Positions 54,798 to 63,376 of a DNA stretch of 64,000 nucleotides are shown one piece after another (the first letter of the stretch is position 1; every line of letters begins with the position of its first letter). A model generated the notes under the pieces. That model was not told the DNA's origin. It searched no databases and saw only the letters and a program-made list of their open reading frames with translations. The DNA is from Chloroflexota bacterium (GTDB taxonomy: Bacteria; Chloroflexota; Dehalococcoidia; Dehalococcoidales; RBG-16-60-22), in NCBI GenBank assembly GCA_018829775.1, contig JAHJTL010000075.1, positions 416 to 64,415 on the forward strand. Direction: 5' to 3'. Both the position numbers and the translations under genes were made by a program.

Positions 54798-55979
54798 ATG
54801 AAGATAACAGCGGTCAAAACATTTCCCTACAGTGCCGGGTGGAGGGACATACTTATCGTCAAGGTGGAGACCGATGAGGGGATTTTCGGCTGGGGCGAAG
54901 CTGGCCTAATGGGACGCGTGCGCGCCTGTGAGGCCACGGTTAAAGAAATAGAGACCTACTTAATCGGTAAAGACCCCTGTCAGATTGAGCTGCACTGGAA
55001 CAATATCTACCGGAATAGCTATTGGAGGCCATCGGTGACTCTCCTGAGCGCTCTGGCCGGGGTGGAAATAGCGCTGTGGGATATTCTCGGGAAGTACCTG
55101 AACGCGCCGGTTTATACCCTTCTGGGAGGCGCATACCATCCCCGCGTCAAGGTCTATGACAACGCCTGGTGGGTCGGGGCTAAGTCTACCGAGGACTATG
55201 CCAGGCGAGCGCAGCAGTCGGTGGCCCACGGTTTCAAGCATCTTAAGTGGGACCCGTGGTGGTGGGAGGATGGTGGAGTCGACATATTCATCGACAGGAA
55301 GCAAATGCGTCGTGCCAAGGAATGTGTGAAGCTGGTGCGGGAAGCTGTCGGCGATGATGTTGAACTGCTTCTGGAAATGCACGGTCGGTTCAGCCCCGAT
55401 GACGCCATTCGAGCGGCTTGCGACCTGGAAGAGTACCGACCATACTTTATCGAAGAACCCATTCCTCCTCACTGCAGCGTGGACGCCCTGGCCAGGGTTA
55501 AAGCTGGCACGCAGATACCGGTAGCCGCCGATGAGAGATTCCATACCCGATGGGGATTCTGGGAAGTATTAGATAAACAGGCGGTGTCTATCATCCAGCC
55601 TGACTTAATTTATTGCGGTGGTATCCTGGAGACAAAGAAGATAGCAGCTATGGCGCAGGTTTTTTATATAGGTGTGGCACCGCATATCTCCGAAGGACCT
55701 ATTGACGTTGCCGCTTTAGTCCATGTTGATGCCTCAACGCCGAACTTTTTAATTCAGGAGTTTTTCTACCCCGATTTGTCCACTTACGAGGAAATCCTGA
55801 CGGAACCCTTTCCTGTTCCAAAAGACGGATTCATCGAATTGCCAACCAGGCCCGGCCTGGGCGTTGAGTTAAACGAGAAAGCGCTGACCAAGAAGCCCTT
55901 CAAGTATCGACCTGGCCTTGAGTTGGGCGTTTTTTGGAAGGGGGGTATTACGGCTTTCGGTAAGTCAAGCGGGGAATAA
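54798..55979 (+). CDS. Enolase-superfamily enzyme (mandelate racemase/muconate lactonizing family, acid-sugar dehydratase-like)
   Basis: N-terminal capping domain (GWGEA), EIALWD, metal-ligand region LLLEMHG..FIEEP..ADER. Confidence 0.85.
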   Translation: MKITAVKTFPYSAGWRDILIVKVETDEGIFGWGEAGLMGRVRACEATVKEIETYLIGKDPCQIELHWNNIYRNSYWRPSVTLLSALAGVEIALWDILGKYLNAPVYTLLGGAYHPRVKVYDNAWWVGAKSTEDYARRAQQSVAHGFKHLKWDPWWWEDGGVDIFIDRKQMRRAKECVKLVREAVGDDVELLLEMHGRFSPDDAIRAACDLEEYRPYFIEEPIPPHCSVDALARVKAGTQIPVAADERFHTRWGFWEVLDKQAVSIIQPDLIYCGGILETKKIAAMAQVFYIGVAPHISEGPIDVAALVHVDASTPNFLIQEFFYPDLSTYEEILTEPFPVPKDGFIELPTRPGLGVELNEKALTKKPFKYRPGLELGVFWKGGITAFGKSSGE

Positions 55980-56080
55980 TTCAGCGCCGTCTTTCCCAAG
56001 CTGGATAATCCGCTAAATGTGTCAAAAGGTTTATCCTGTTACAATTTAAAAATATGTTTGCACTTAAGGAGGTTAAAGTA

Positions 56081-57385
56081 ATGTCGAACGCAGAATTGAT
56101 AGGGAGAGCCAGGAGAGTATTAGCCGGGGCTAACACGAACCTGCCAGGTGGCGGTTTCGCTCCCCGCTTTATGGTTAAAGGAGAAGGAGCTCATCTCTGG
56201 GATGCGGACGGAAAAGAGTATATCGATTATGTGCTATCGGCGGGGCCACTTATCTTCGGACACAGTAATCCGGAATTCATTGAAACCCTGAAAGACCAGC
56301 TGGATACGATATGGTCACTGAACTCGACTATTTTCCAGCAGTCCGCACTGGAGGTGGAAGTGGCGGAGAAATTCGTACAGCTTGTACCGTGTGCGGAAAA
56401 GGTTCATTTTAATCCAACTGGCTCGGAGACGGTCCAGCTTGTAATCAGGCTGGCACGTGCTTATACCGGGAGGCGCTATTTTATTCGCTTTGAGGGCCAT
56501 TACCACGGATGGTTTGATAATATCCTGGGCGGAGCTGTTAATGAGGAATCTGCTGGCAGGCCTTTTCCTGTGGAAAACAAACAAAATCTGGCAACGGAAG
56601 GTAGAGACACAGCGGCTTTAGAGCAGAGCTTTTTACTGCCATGGAATGACATAGCGATTTTGGAAGAGGTGCTTGAGAAATACGGTGAAGAAGTGGCCAT
56701 GGTTATCATGGAGCCAATCCTGTGTAATTCCGGCTGTTGTCCACCCCGACCGGGCTATCTGGAAAAAGTCAGACAACTGTGCACCAAATATGGCATCGTA
56801 TTATGTTTCGACGAGGTAATCACCGGTTTCAGGGTAGCTCTGCATAGCGCCCAAGGTTTGTTTGGTGTAACGCCGGATATCGGCATTTTCGGCAAGGCTA
56901 TGGCAGGCGGACTTCCGCTAGCGGCCTTTGCGGGTAAGAAGGAGATAATGGATTTTCTTCTGGGAAAAAGGGTAGTCTCAGGCGGAACTTTCGGCAGATA
57001 TCCCCTGGGGCTTGCGGCAACACTCGCCAGTATGAAGATTTTGGAGAAGGATGACGGGGCGTTCTACAAAAAGATAGACCGTATCCAGAAGCCACTTATG
57101 GACGGCCTGAAGGAGATCAGTAAAAAACGGGGCATACCCATGTTCCTACAGGGCACCAGAGGTGCCTTCATAACCAGGTTCATAGACCTTGGCAAAGAGG
57201 TGGCCTACAGTGTCAGGGATTTCGCTGCCGTGGATACGCAGAAGGAGAGACGATGGGCGGAACTGATGGCTGAAGAGGGTGTCATTCTAATGTTCGGCGG
57301 CAGGTTTTATATCAGTTCGGCACACACTGAAGCGGATGTGCACCGGACATTGGAATGCGCTGATAGAGTTATATGCAAGCTCTAA
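56081..57385 (+). CDS. Class III (GSA-aminomutase-like) PLP-dependent aminotransferase
   Basis: AAGGAGG SD before ATG 56081. GSETVQLVIRLAR, DEVITGFR, FGKAMAGGLP (PLP lysine). Confidence 0.85.
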   Translation: MSNAELIGRARRVLAGANTNLPGGGFAPRFMVKGEGAHLWDADGKEYIDYVLSAGPLIFGHSNPEFIETLKDQLDTIWSLNSTIFQQSALEVEVAEKFVQLVPCAEKVHFNPTGSETVQLVIRLARAYTGRRYFIRFEGHYHGWFDNILGGAVNEESAGRPFPVENKQNLATEGRDTAALEQSFLLPWNDIAILEEVLEKYGEEVAMVIMEPILCNSGCCPPRPGYLEKVRQLCTKYGIVLCFDEVITGFRVALHSAQGLFGVTPDIGIFGKAMAGGLPLAAFAGKKEIMDFLLGKRVVSGGTFGRYPLGLAATLASMKILEKDDGAFYKKIDRIQKPLMDGLKEISKKRGIPMFLQGTRGAFITRFIDLGKEVAYSVRDFAAVDTQKERRWAELMAEEGVILMFGGRFYISSAHTEADVHRTLECADRVICKL

Positions 57386-57565
57386 CCAGGGAATTAAGAT
57401 AAATAGTTAAAGACCAAGAAGCACGATTGTTTGTGTAAGTATAATCTGATAGAATGCCCTTCACCTACCTTGCATTCTTATAATGATTAATCTATTGTTA
57501 CCTTATGTATCGGATATTCCTTGCGACTGCATAATTTATCGATATATCCAAGGAGGACTCAAACA

Positions 57566-58804
57566 ATGAAAGTAACTGATCTCAAGACATACGTGGTCGG
57601 GACTCCGCCTCCACACCACGGGGGACGCAACTGGGTATTTCTAAAAATCACGACAAACGATGGAATTGAAGGCTTCGGCGAGGCTTATGCCGTGCCGTTC
57701 GACGCTCGTACGGTAGCGCGGATGATTGAGGATATGGGCGAGCGGTATGTAATCGGCTGGGACCCGTTTAAGACCGAAAAGCTATGGCGAATACTTTATG
57801 GCAGCGGCTTCGGCCAGCATCCAGATCTGGCCAAGATGGGTGTAATCAGCGCATTTGAGATGGCATGCTGGGATATCGTTGGCAAGGCAGTGAACCAGCC
57901 AATCTATAACCTTCTTGGCGGGCAGTATCACGAGAAACTCAGGTCATATACCTACCTGTACCCGGCAGCTGACGACCCTGTGCAGGGTAATGTCAGTGTG
58001 CATTGCGACCCCGAACAAGCGGCAAAAAGGGCGATGGACTATGTTAAGCAGGGCTTCACCGCCGTAAAACTTGACCCCATACTTGACCTTATGTCGCCGT
58101 TTGACCCGAGAGACCTTTCCCTGGAAGCGCTTGATAATGCCGAGGCAGTCGTCAGGAGTGTGCGGGAGGCTGTAGGAAACAAGTGTGATATACTCATTGG
58201 CACTCACGGGCAGACGACCACCCACAGCGCCATCAGGCTTGCCAGGAGACTTGAGAAGTACGACCCGTTATGGTTTGAGGAGCCAGTCCCACCGGAGAAT
58301 GTCGATGAGATGGCCAGGGTTGCCCGTTTTACCAGCATCCCAATTGCCACCGGTGAAAGGCTGTCAACGGTGTACGAGTTCAGCGCGTTACTGGAAAAAC
58401 AGGCAGCGGCAATATTGCAGATGGCCCTGGGACGTGTTGGAGGAATAATGGAGGCCAAGACGATCGCCGGGATGGCAGAAGCACACTACGCCCAGATTGC
58501 ACCGCACCTGTTTTGTGGTCCTATAGAAGGCGCCGCCAACATTCAGATAGACACGTGCAGCCCCAACTTCCTGATACAGGAAAGCATTGAGACGTGGGGC
58601 GGTTTTCACGCGGAGATTTTAAAGGAGCGGCTCCAGTGGGAGGATGGCTATATCATACCCCCCACCAGACCCGGTCTGGGCGTTGAACTGAACGAGGAGG
58701 TGGCGGCAAAGCATCCTTATAATCCAGTTGAGCCGGGACTATGGCACTGGGACACCCCTCCCGACCTTGGGGGTGAGCCGCATCAGTCCCGAGGTCGCAA
58801 GTGA
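57566..58804 (+). CDS. Enolase-superfamily enzyme (mandelate racemase/muconate lactonizing family), paralogue 2
   Basis: AAGGAGG SD before ATG 57566. GFGEA, EMACWD, WFEEP, ATGER motifs. Confidence 0.85.
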   Translation: MKVTDLKTYVVGTPPPHHGGRNWVFLKITTNDGIEGFGEAYAVPFDARTVARMIEDMGERYVIGWDPFKTEKLWRILYGSGFGQHPDLAKMGVISAFEMACWDIVGKAVNQPIYNLLGGQYHEKLRSYTYLYPAADDPVQGNVSVHCDPEQAAKRAMDYVKQGFTAVKLDPILDLMSPFDPRDLSLEALDNAEAVVRSVREAVGNKCDILIGTHGQTTTHSAIRLARRLEKYDPLWFEEPVPPENVDEMARVARFTSIPIATGERLSTVYEFSALLEKQAAAILQMALGRVGGIMEAKTIAGMAEAHYAQIAPHLFCGPIEGAANIQIDTCSPNFLIQESIETWGGFHAEILKERLQWEDGYIIPPTRPGLGVELNEEVAAKHPYNPVEPGLWHWDTPPDLGGEPHQSRGRK

Positions 58805-59254
58805 AGATTGAGCATATAGTGAAGGATGGATTTATAAAACAGCGTTTTAATTCGCTGGTGCAATTACGGAGAGAAGCCGGCTTCCAGATATTGTTTTAAG
58901 CTTTGAATCCAACTGATTCTATGTATGGTGGTAAGTGTGACGATTTGAAGCCCGGGTAAAAATCGCTTGTTTTGTTACCGTGTTGAACAAAATGACGGGA
59001 TGTTACCTTAGTCTCTGATTAGTACGACCTCCCGTTCCAAAGCCGTAACCACATTCCGTATTTACATTCAATCATATGCGTTAAGGAGTTCTGTAGTTAC
59101 GTCTATCCTTGCGCAAGAACCACCTTCAGGATAATCCCGAGTACTACTTACTAAATTGCTATTCACAATCGAACTAACACTGTTTAATATCTATCTAGTG
59201 AATACATATACTCCTGTCATTTAGATTGTTGATGAATAGAAGGATTAAAATCAG

Positions 59255-60538
59255 ATGGTTGATACAAGTAATAAGTTCGAACCAGAAGTTGATGAAGCTG
59301 AACAAATCTTTCATGAGTACCGCCAGGGTATTAGCCAGGCTATAGACAAGGTCAGAGCTAAGTTGCTTGATCGTGCCAAACAGGAAGCACGCGACATCGT
59401 AGCTAAAGCTGATGGTGAAGCGACCAATATAGTAAGAATAGCTCAACACAAAGTGGATATTATTCTAACACAGGCTAATAGCAGGGCGGAGAAAATAATT
59501 AAAGACGCTGAAGAAACGATTAAAAAAGAGGCCAGAAATAGGACACGGAAAGAAGAAGAACGACTTATCATGGAGGCCAAGAGCCAATCGGAGAGGATTA
59601 TTACCGCAGCAAGGGAGGCCGCTGAGAAAGTATCCGGGAAAATATTAGATGACACGAAAAAAGAAGCTGATATCTCAATCAAGAGGTTAACCGAAGACTC
59701 AAAAAGGGAAGCTGACGGTTTGGTTAAAAGTGCCTCTGAAATTAAGAATAGGGCTGAAATCGAGGCTAACTTAATAAAGAAAAAAGCGGAAGAGGAAACC
59801 GGGCATATTATACATAATGCTCGTGAGCAAGCTAGAAGGGACGTAGAAAAAGAATTGACCACAATCATTGAAAAGGCACGCCAAGAAGCTGAAGACATCT
59901 TGAAAAATGCCAGAGACCAAGCGATCATAGAACGCGACAATTTGGTTGCCGAATTTGTTGAAGAGGCAACCAAATTGGCCGAATTTGAAAAGATCAAGAT
60001 ATTATCTGAAGCGAAATCCAAGGCAGAATATGTTGTTCGTGAAATTAAGAACAGACTTAACGCCGAGATGGAAAAATCGTCCCTTCTGATTACTGGTGCA
60101 CAGCAAAAATTAACCAGTATAATGACCGAGATATCAGATCAAATTACAGAAGAGCAATTTGATATTGATATTTCTGTGAATGTCGATGTACCAGTTGAAG
60201 AAGTGGACGCTGATTTCGCTAAGGAAGTTCAAGAAAAGATGTTCTTTAAGAAGATAGAAGACGAAGAAAGGAGTTATGAAGGTAGATTAGAACTAGACCT
60301 ATTAGCTCCAATAGATGCTAAGCAAAAGAACGCCCTTGAAGAATTACTAACTCAAGTCCCAGATTTACATTTAATCAGCAATGGCGGTTCCAGCGATGGT
60401 AGCAACTGGTTGGAAATAGAGCTGAATAAGCCTATGCCGTTGGTCTCTATCCTCAAGCAAATGCCGCTAGTAAGACAAGTGGCTGCGCATGGAAACAACA
60501 TTCTCGTAGCGCTGAAACTAGGCTCAAAGGATTCTTAG
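59255..60538 (+). CDS. Repeat-rich coiled-coil protein (427 aa) with a distinct ~100-aa C-terminal domain
   Basis: About 250 aa of degenerate ~11-residue repeats (QEARDIVAKA / GEATNIVRIA / SRAEKIIKDA / QEAEDILKNA ...), reminiscent of ATP-synthase b / V-ATPase E/H-type helices. Then an acidic linker and a globular-looking C-terminus. Strongly AT-rich gene. Confidence 0.7.
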   Translation: MVDTSNKFEPEVDEAEQIFHEYRQGISQAIDKVRAKLLDRAKQEARDIVAKADGEATNIVRIAQHKVDIILTQANSRAEKIIKDAEETIKKEARNRTRKEEERLIMEAKSQSERIITAAREAAEKVSGKILDDTKKEADISIKRLTEDSKREADGLVKSASEIKNRAEIEANLIKKKAEEETGHIIHNAREQARRDVEKELTTIIEKARQEAEDILKNARDQAIIERDNLVAEFVEEATKLAEFEKIKILSEAKSKAEYVVREIKNRLNAEMEKSSLLITGAQQKLTSIMTEISDQITEEQFDIDISVNVDVPVEEVDADFAKEVQEKMFFKKIEDEERSYEGRLELDLLAPIDAKQKNALEELLTQVPDLHLISNGGSSDGSNWLEIELNKPMPLVSILKQMPLVRQVAAHGNNILVALKLGSKDS

Positions 60539-60897
60539 CCAGCAGCCTTAAAAGCATGACGGGTCGGAAGTGCCGTAAGGCACTACTGATCAGTGCACTT
60601 GGATAGCGCCAACTGCTAAGAGGCAACTCTACCGGCAATACTGACTCAAAATAAACCTATTTCCTGCACAATGCGCCAACCACATTCCGCAAGCCCACAA
60701 AACCTGAATTCGCTCCTTTTGTATTGGAGTTAAAACGCAAACACAACTGCAACCCAATTTGAAAAATATAATCTAACGTGTTAATATTAATAGTGGAATC
60801 TTAAATGGGCTGGTGGGAGGGGCGGAATTATCCTACCAAAGTTCTCCAGTTTTGAGGTTTCTTTAATTACAATCGATTACTTCTTTGTTATACAACT

Positions 60898-61032
60898 ATG
60901 CTTAAAAGGAGGTGTGTAAAGAGAATCTTGGGAGAAAAGTGGAATCAACTGCATATCATCGGAAAAGTTATTACTATGACAATAGTTACTCTCCTTGTCA
61001 GCGGTTTTATCACTATGCTACTCGGAATCTAG
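60898..61032 (+). CDS. Candidate small transmembrane peptide (44 aa; 34 aa if the internal TTG start is used)
   Basis: MLKRRCVKRILGEKWNQLHIIGKVITMTIVTLLVSGFITMLLGI: basic N-terminus plus one TM segment. Followed 48 nt later by a strong intrinsic terminator. No good SD before the ATG; an AGGAGG lies 14 nt before the in-frame TTG. Confidence 0.4.
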   Translation: MLKRRCVKRILGEKWNQLHIIGKVITMTIVTLLVSGFITMLLGI

Positions 61033-61080
61033 GGCCTGTATTAGCCTTAGGTTCCGATGAAAGCAATATAGGCAAATCGT

Positions 61081-61110
61081 AACCCTGAGTTTTTCAGGGT
61101 TGCTTTTTTT
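61081..61110 (+). terminator. Rho-independent terminator
   Basis: AACCCTGA-gtttt-TCAGGGTT (8-bp perfect stem) followed by GCTTTTTTT. Confidence 0.8.
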
Positions 61111-61353
61111 ATGGATAGGCTAAATCTTCCCTCTTTTAGGACTATAACTACATTCCGCACGTCCAGATATACTGAAAAGGAGACCCAATGGTCGCCTTCT
61201 CTAGTTTTAAATAATTTGTCTCTTGTTAGCACGAATGAGTGCGTCTCACAGTTTGCGAATATGCCTGCTAGTATACATGCTTCAATATTGACATATAGCG
61301 GTGAACTGCACTACCATTTCTTCAACGCTGGATAAAGAAAGAGATGCCCTGCT

Positions 61354-62310
61354 GTGAAGAGAATTTTAGTAACCGGGGCCTGCGGACAGGTTGGTTCCGA
61401 GCTTGTGCCAGCGCTGCGGGCCGGATATGGCGCGGACACGGTAATAGCTACGGGGCACAAGACTGAGCCCAGCCAAGAATTACTTAACGGCGGGGAATTT
61501 TGCTTTATTGACTGTACGGAAATTGAATGCGTCGCCGATATAGTGAGGAAATACAACGTCGGCACTATCTACAACCTGACCTCTATTCTATCCGCAAAGG
61601 CCGAAGCAAACCCACAGCTGGCGTGGAAGGTAAATATCGACAGCCTGCGCAATATCCTGGAAGTAGCGCGCGAGTATAAATGTGCTGTTTTCACGCCAAG
61701 TACAATAGGCGTTTTCGGCCTGGATACACCTCTGGATGATACCCCGCAAATCACCATTCAGCGTCCCAGGACGATGTACGGAATCACCAAAGTCGCTGGC
61801 GAATTACTCTGTGACTATTACCACCGCAAGTATGGCGTTGATACCCGTGGCGTCCGCTGGCCGGGTCTTATTTCTTATGTGACTCCCCCCGGCGGTGGGA
61901 CGACAGACTATGCCGTGGAGATATTCTATGAAGCGGTCAAGCACGGGAAATATGCGAACTGCTTTATCAAGCAGGGGACCTATCTGGATATGATGTATAT
62001 GCCTGACGCGCTTAAATCAGCGTTCCAGATTATGGAGGCTGAGCCTGACAGGCTCAGGCACAGGAATGCCTACAACGTTACTGCCATGAGCTTTGCCCCG
62101 GAGGATGTCGCCAGTGAAATTAAAAAGCACATTCCGGGTTTTACCATTGATTACAGGGTCGACCCCGTCCGCCAGGCAATTGCTGAATCTTGGCCCAACA
62201 AAATGGACGACAGTGCCGCCCGCACCGACTGGGGATGGACGCCGGAGTACGACTTAACTGCCATGACTGCTGATATGCTCAACAAGTTGTCTGCCCGGCT
62301 GAAGAAATAA
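61354..62310 (+). CDS. tdh: NAD-dependent epimerase/dehydratase-fold L-threonine 3-dehydrogenase
   Basis: (V)KRILVTGACGQVGSEL, YGITK catalytic motif. Overall similarity to extended-SDR-type TDH. GTG start. Confidence 0.8.
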   Translation: MKRILVTGACGQVGSELVPALRAGYGADTVIATGHKTEPSQELLNGGEFCFIDCTEIECVADIVRKYNVGTIYNLTSILSAKAEANPQLAWKVNIDSLRNILEVAREYKCAVFTPSTIGVFGLDTPLDDTPQITIQRPRTMYGITKVAGELLCDYYHRKYGVDTRGVRWPGLISYVTPPGGGTTDYAVEIFYEAVKHGKYANCFIKQGTYLDMMYMPDALKSAFQIMEAEPDRLRHRNAYNVTAMSFAPEDVASEIKKHIPGFTIDYRVDPVRQAIAESWPNKMDDSAARTDWGWTPEYDLTAMTADMLNKLSARLKK

Positions 62311-62358
62311 CCAGGTCCGCCTTCGTGCTGATGGTTGTCTGAGTTTATTGCCTTAACT

Positions 62359-63162
62359 TCAGGACGGTTTGACTATACACGTCAAACCACCATCAATGAC
62401 CAGCGCAGCCCCGGTTATGTATTTCGCATCGTCGGAAGCAAGGAATACAGATAACGCGGCAACATCCCAGGGTTCCCCCTGTTTTCCCGTTGGGCACATC
62501 GTGTCTCTCGTTTTCATCATCTGTTCCACATCGCCACCAAAAGCACCGGTAAGAGCAGCCACAACCATAGGCGTGTTCATCATACCAGGCAATATGGCAT
62601 TAGCCCGGATTCCTTTTGATGCATACTGAATGGCTACTTCTCTGGTAAAGGCAATGGCGCCCGCCTTTGAGGCGCTATAAGCAATGGTTATATACGGCAA
62701 GTTTCTGATGGCATTAATAGAAGAGATATTGATTATGGAGCCGCAGCCCTGTGCTACCATGTGGGGAACGGCATATTTACAGGTGAGGAACATACTCTTC
62801 AGGTTAACTGCCATTGTTTTATCCCAGTCTTCCTCGCTCATATCCTCCACGCCGCCTGGTATTTCAATACCTACGTTATTATGCAGAACATCAATCCGGC
62901 CATATGTCCTGAGGCATTCATCCATAATGTTCTTGCAGTCCTGCGACCTGGTCACGTCCGCCTTAACTGCAATACATTCTCCCCCTTCCCTATCAATGAT
63001 ATTTTTCGTTTCATCAGCAGCTTCAAGGTTTATGTCTACAAGGACAACTTTGGCACCTTCTCTGGCATATAAGACTGATGTCGCCTTTCCATTACCTACC
63101 CCCGGACCTATTGAACCCGCCCCGGTCACAACCGCTACCTTCCCCTTTAGCCTATCACCCAT
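62359..63162 (-). CDS. Short-chain dehydrogenase/reductase
   Basis: VAVVTGAGSIGPG, NNVG and YSASKAG motifs. Confidence 0.88.
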   Translation of the reverse strand: MGDRLKGKVAVVTGAGSIGPGVGNGKATSVLYAREGAKVVLVDINLEAADETKNIIDREGGECIAVKADVTRSQDCKNIMDECLRTYGRIDVLHNNVGIEIPGGVEDMSEEDWDKTMAVNLKSMFLTCKYAVPHMVAQGCGSIINISSINAIRNLPYITIAYSASKAGAIAFTREVAIQYASKGIRANAILPGMMNTPMVVAALTGAFGGDVEQMMKTRDTMCPTGKQGEPWDVAALSVFLASDDAKYITGAALVIDGGLTCIVKPS

Positions 63163-63376
63163 TTTTTCTCCTTCCTTTGTCCGTCATCGTGAGCAATATC
63201 GTAATAATCGCCTGGTCACATTCGCAACCATATGTCCTACTACTCTAAGGCACTATACCAGATAATTCTAGTAGCTGTGGTTTTTTTGTCAAGCGTTCAA
63301 AATCGCACACGCTGACGTTTTGTTGTTATAAAAATGCTAATATAATAGTGACCTGAACGGAATAAATAATAGACCG

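Noticed and set aside
59443-60021. 192-aa minus-strand ORF (Ser/Ala/Phe/Leu-rich) opposite the coiled-coil gene
   Set aside because: It is the complement of the Lys/Glu/Ala repeat codons. Repeat-driven open antisense frames are expected, and there are no start signals.
60569-60596. Two mutually exclusive hairpins (AGTGCC-GTAA-GGCACT versus GCACT-ACTGATC-AGTGC) just after the coiled-coil gene stop
   Set aside because: There is no U-tract, no downstream gene nearby to regulate and no conservation information. I cannot distinguish this from a chance palindrome-rich sequence.
61188-61214. 8-codon mini-ORF (MVAFSSFK) with a strong AAGGAG SD upstream of tdh, considered as a leader peptide
   Set aside because: It lies upstream of the best candidate tdh promoter (TTGACA-18-TACCAT at 61288..61317). 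It also contains no Thr codons or an attenuator-like structure.
61047-61232. 61-aa minus-strand ORF
   Set aside because: It overlaps the plus-strand intrinsic terminator, has no SD and has no motif. It is probably spurious.
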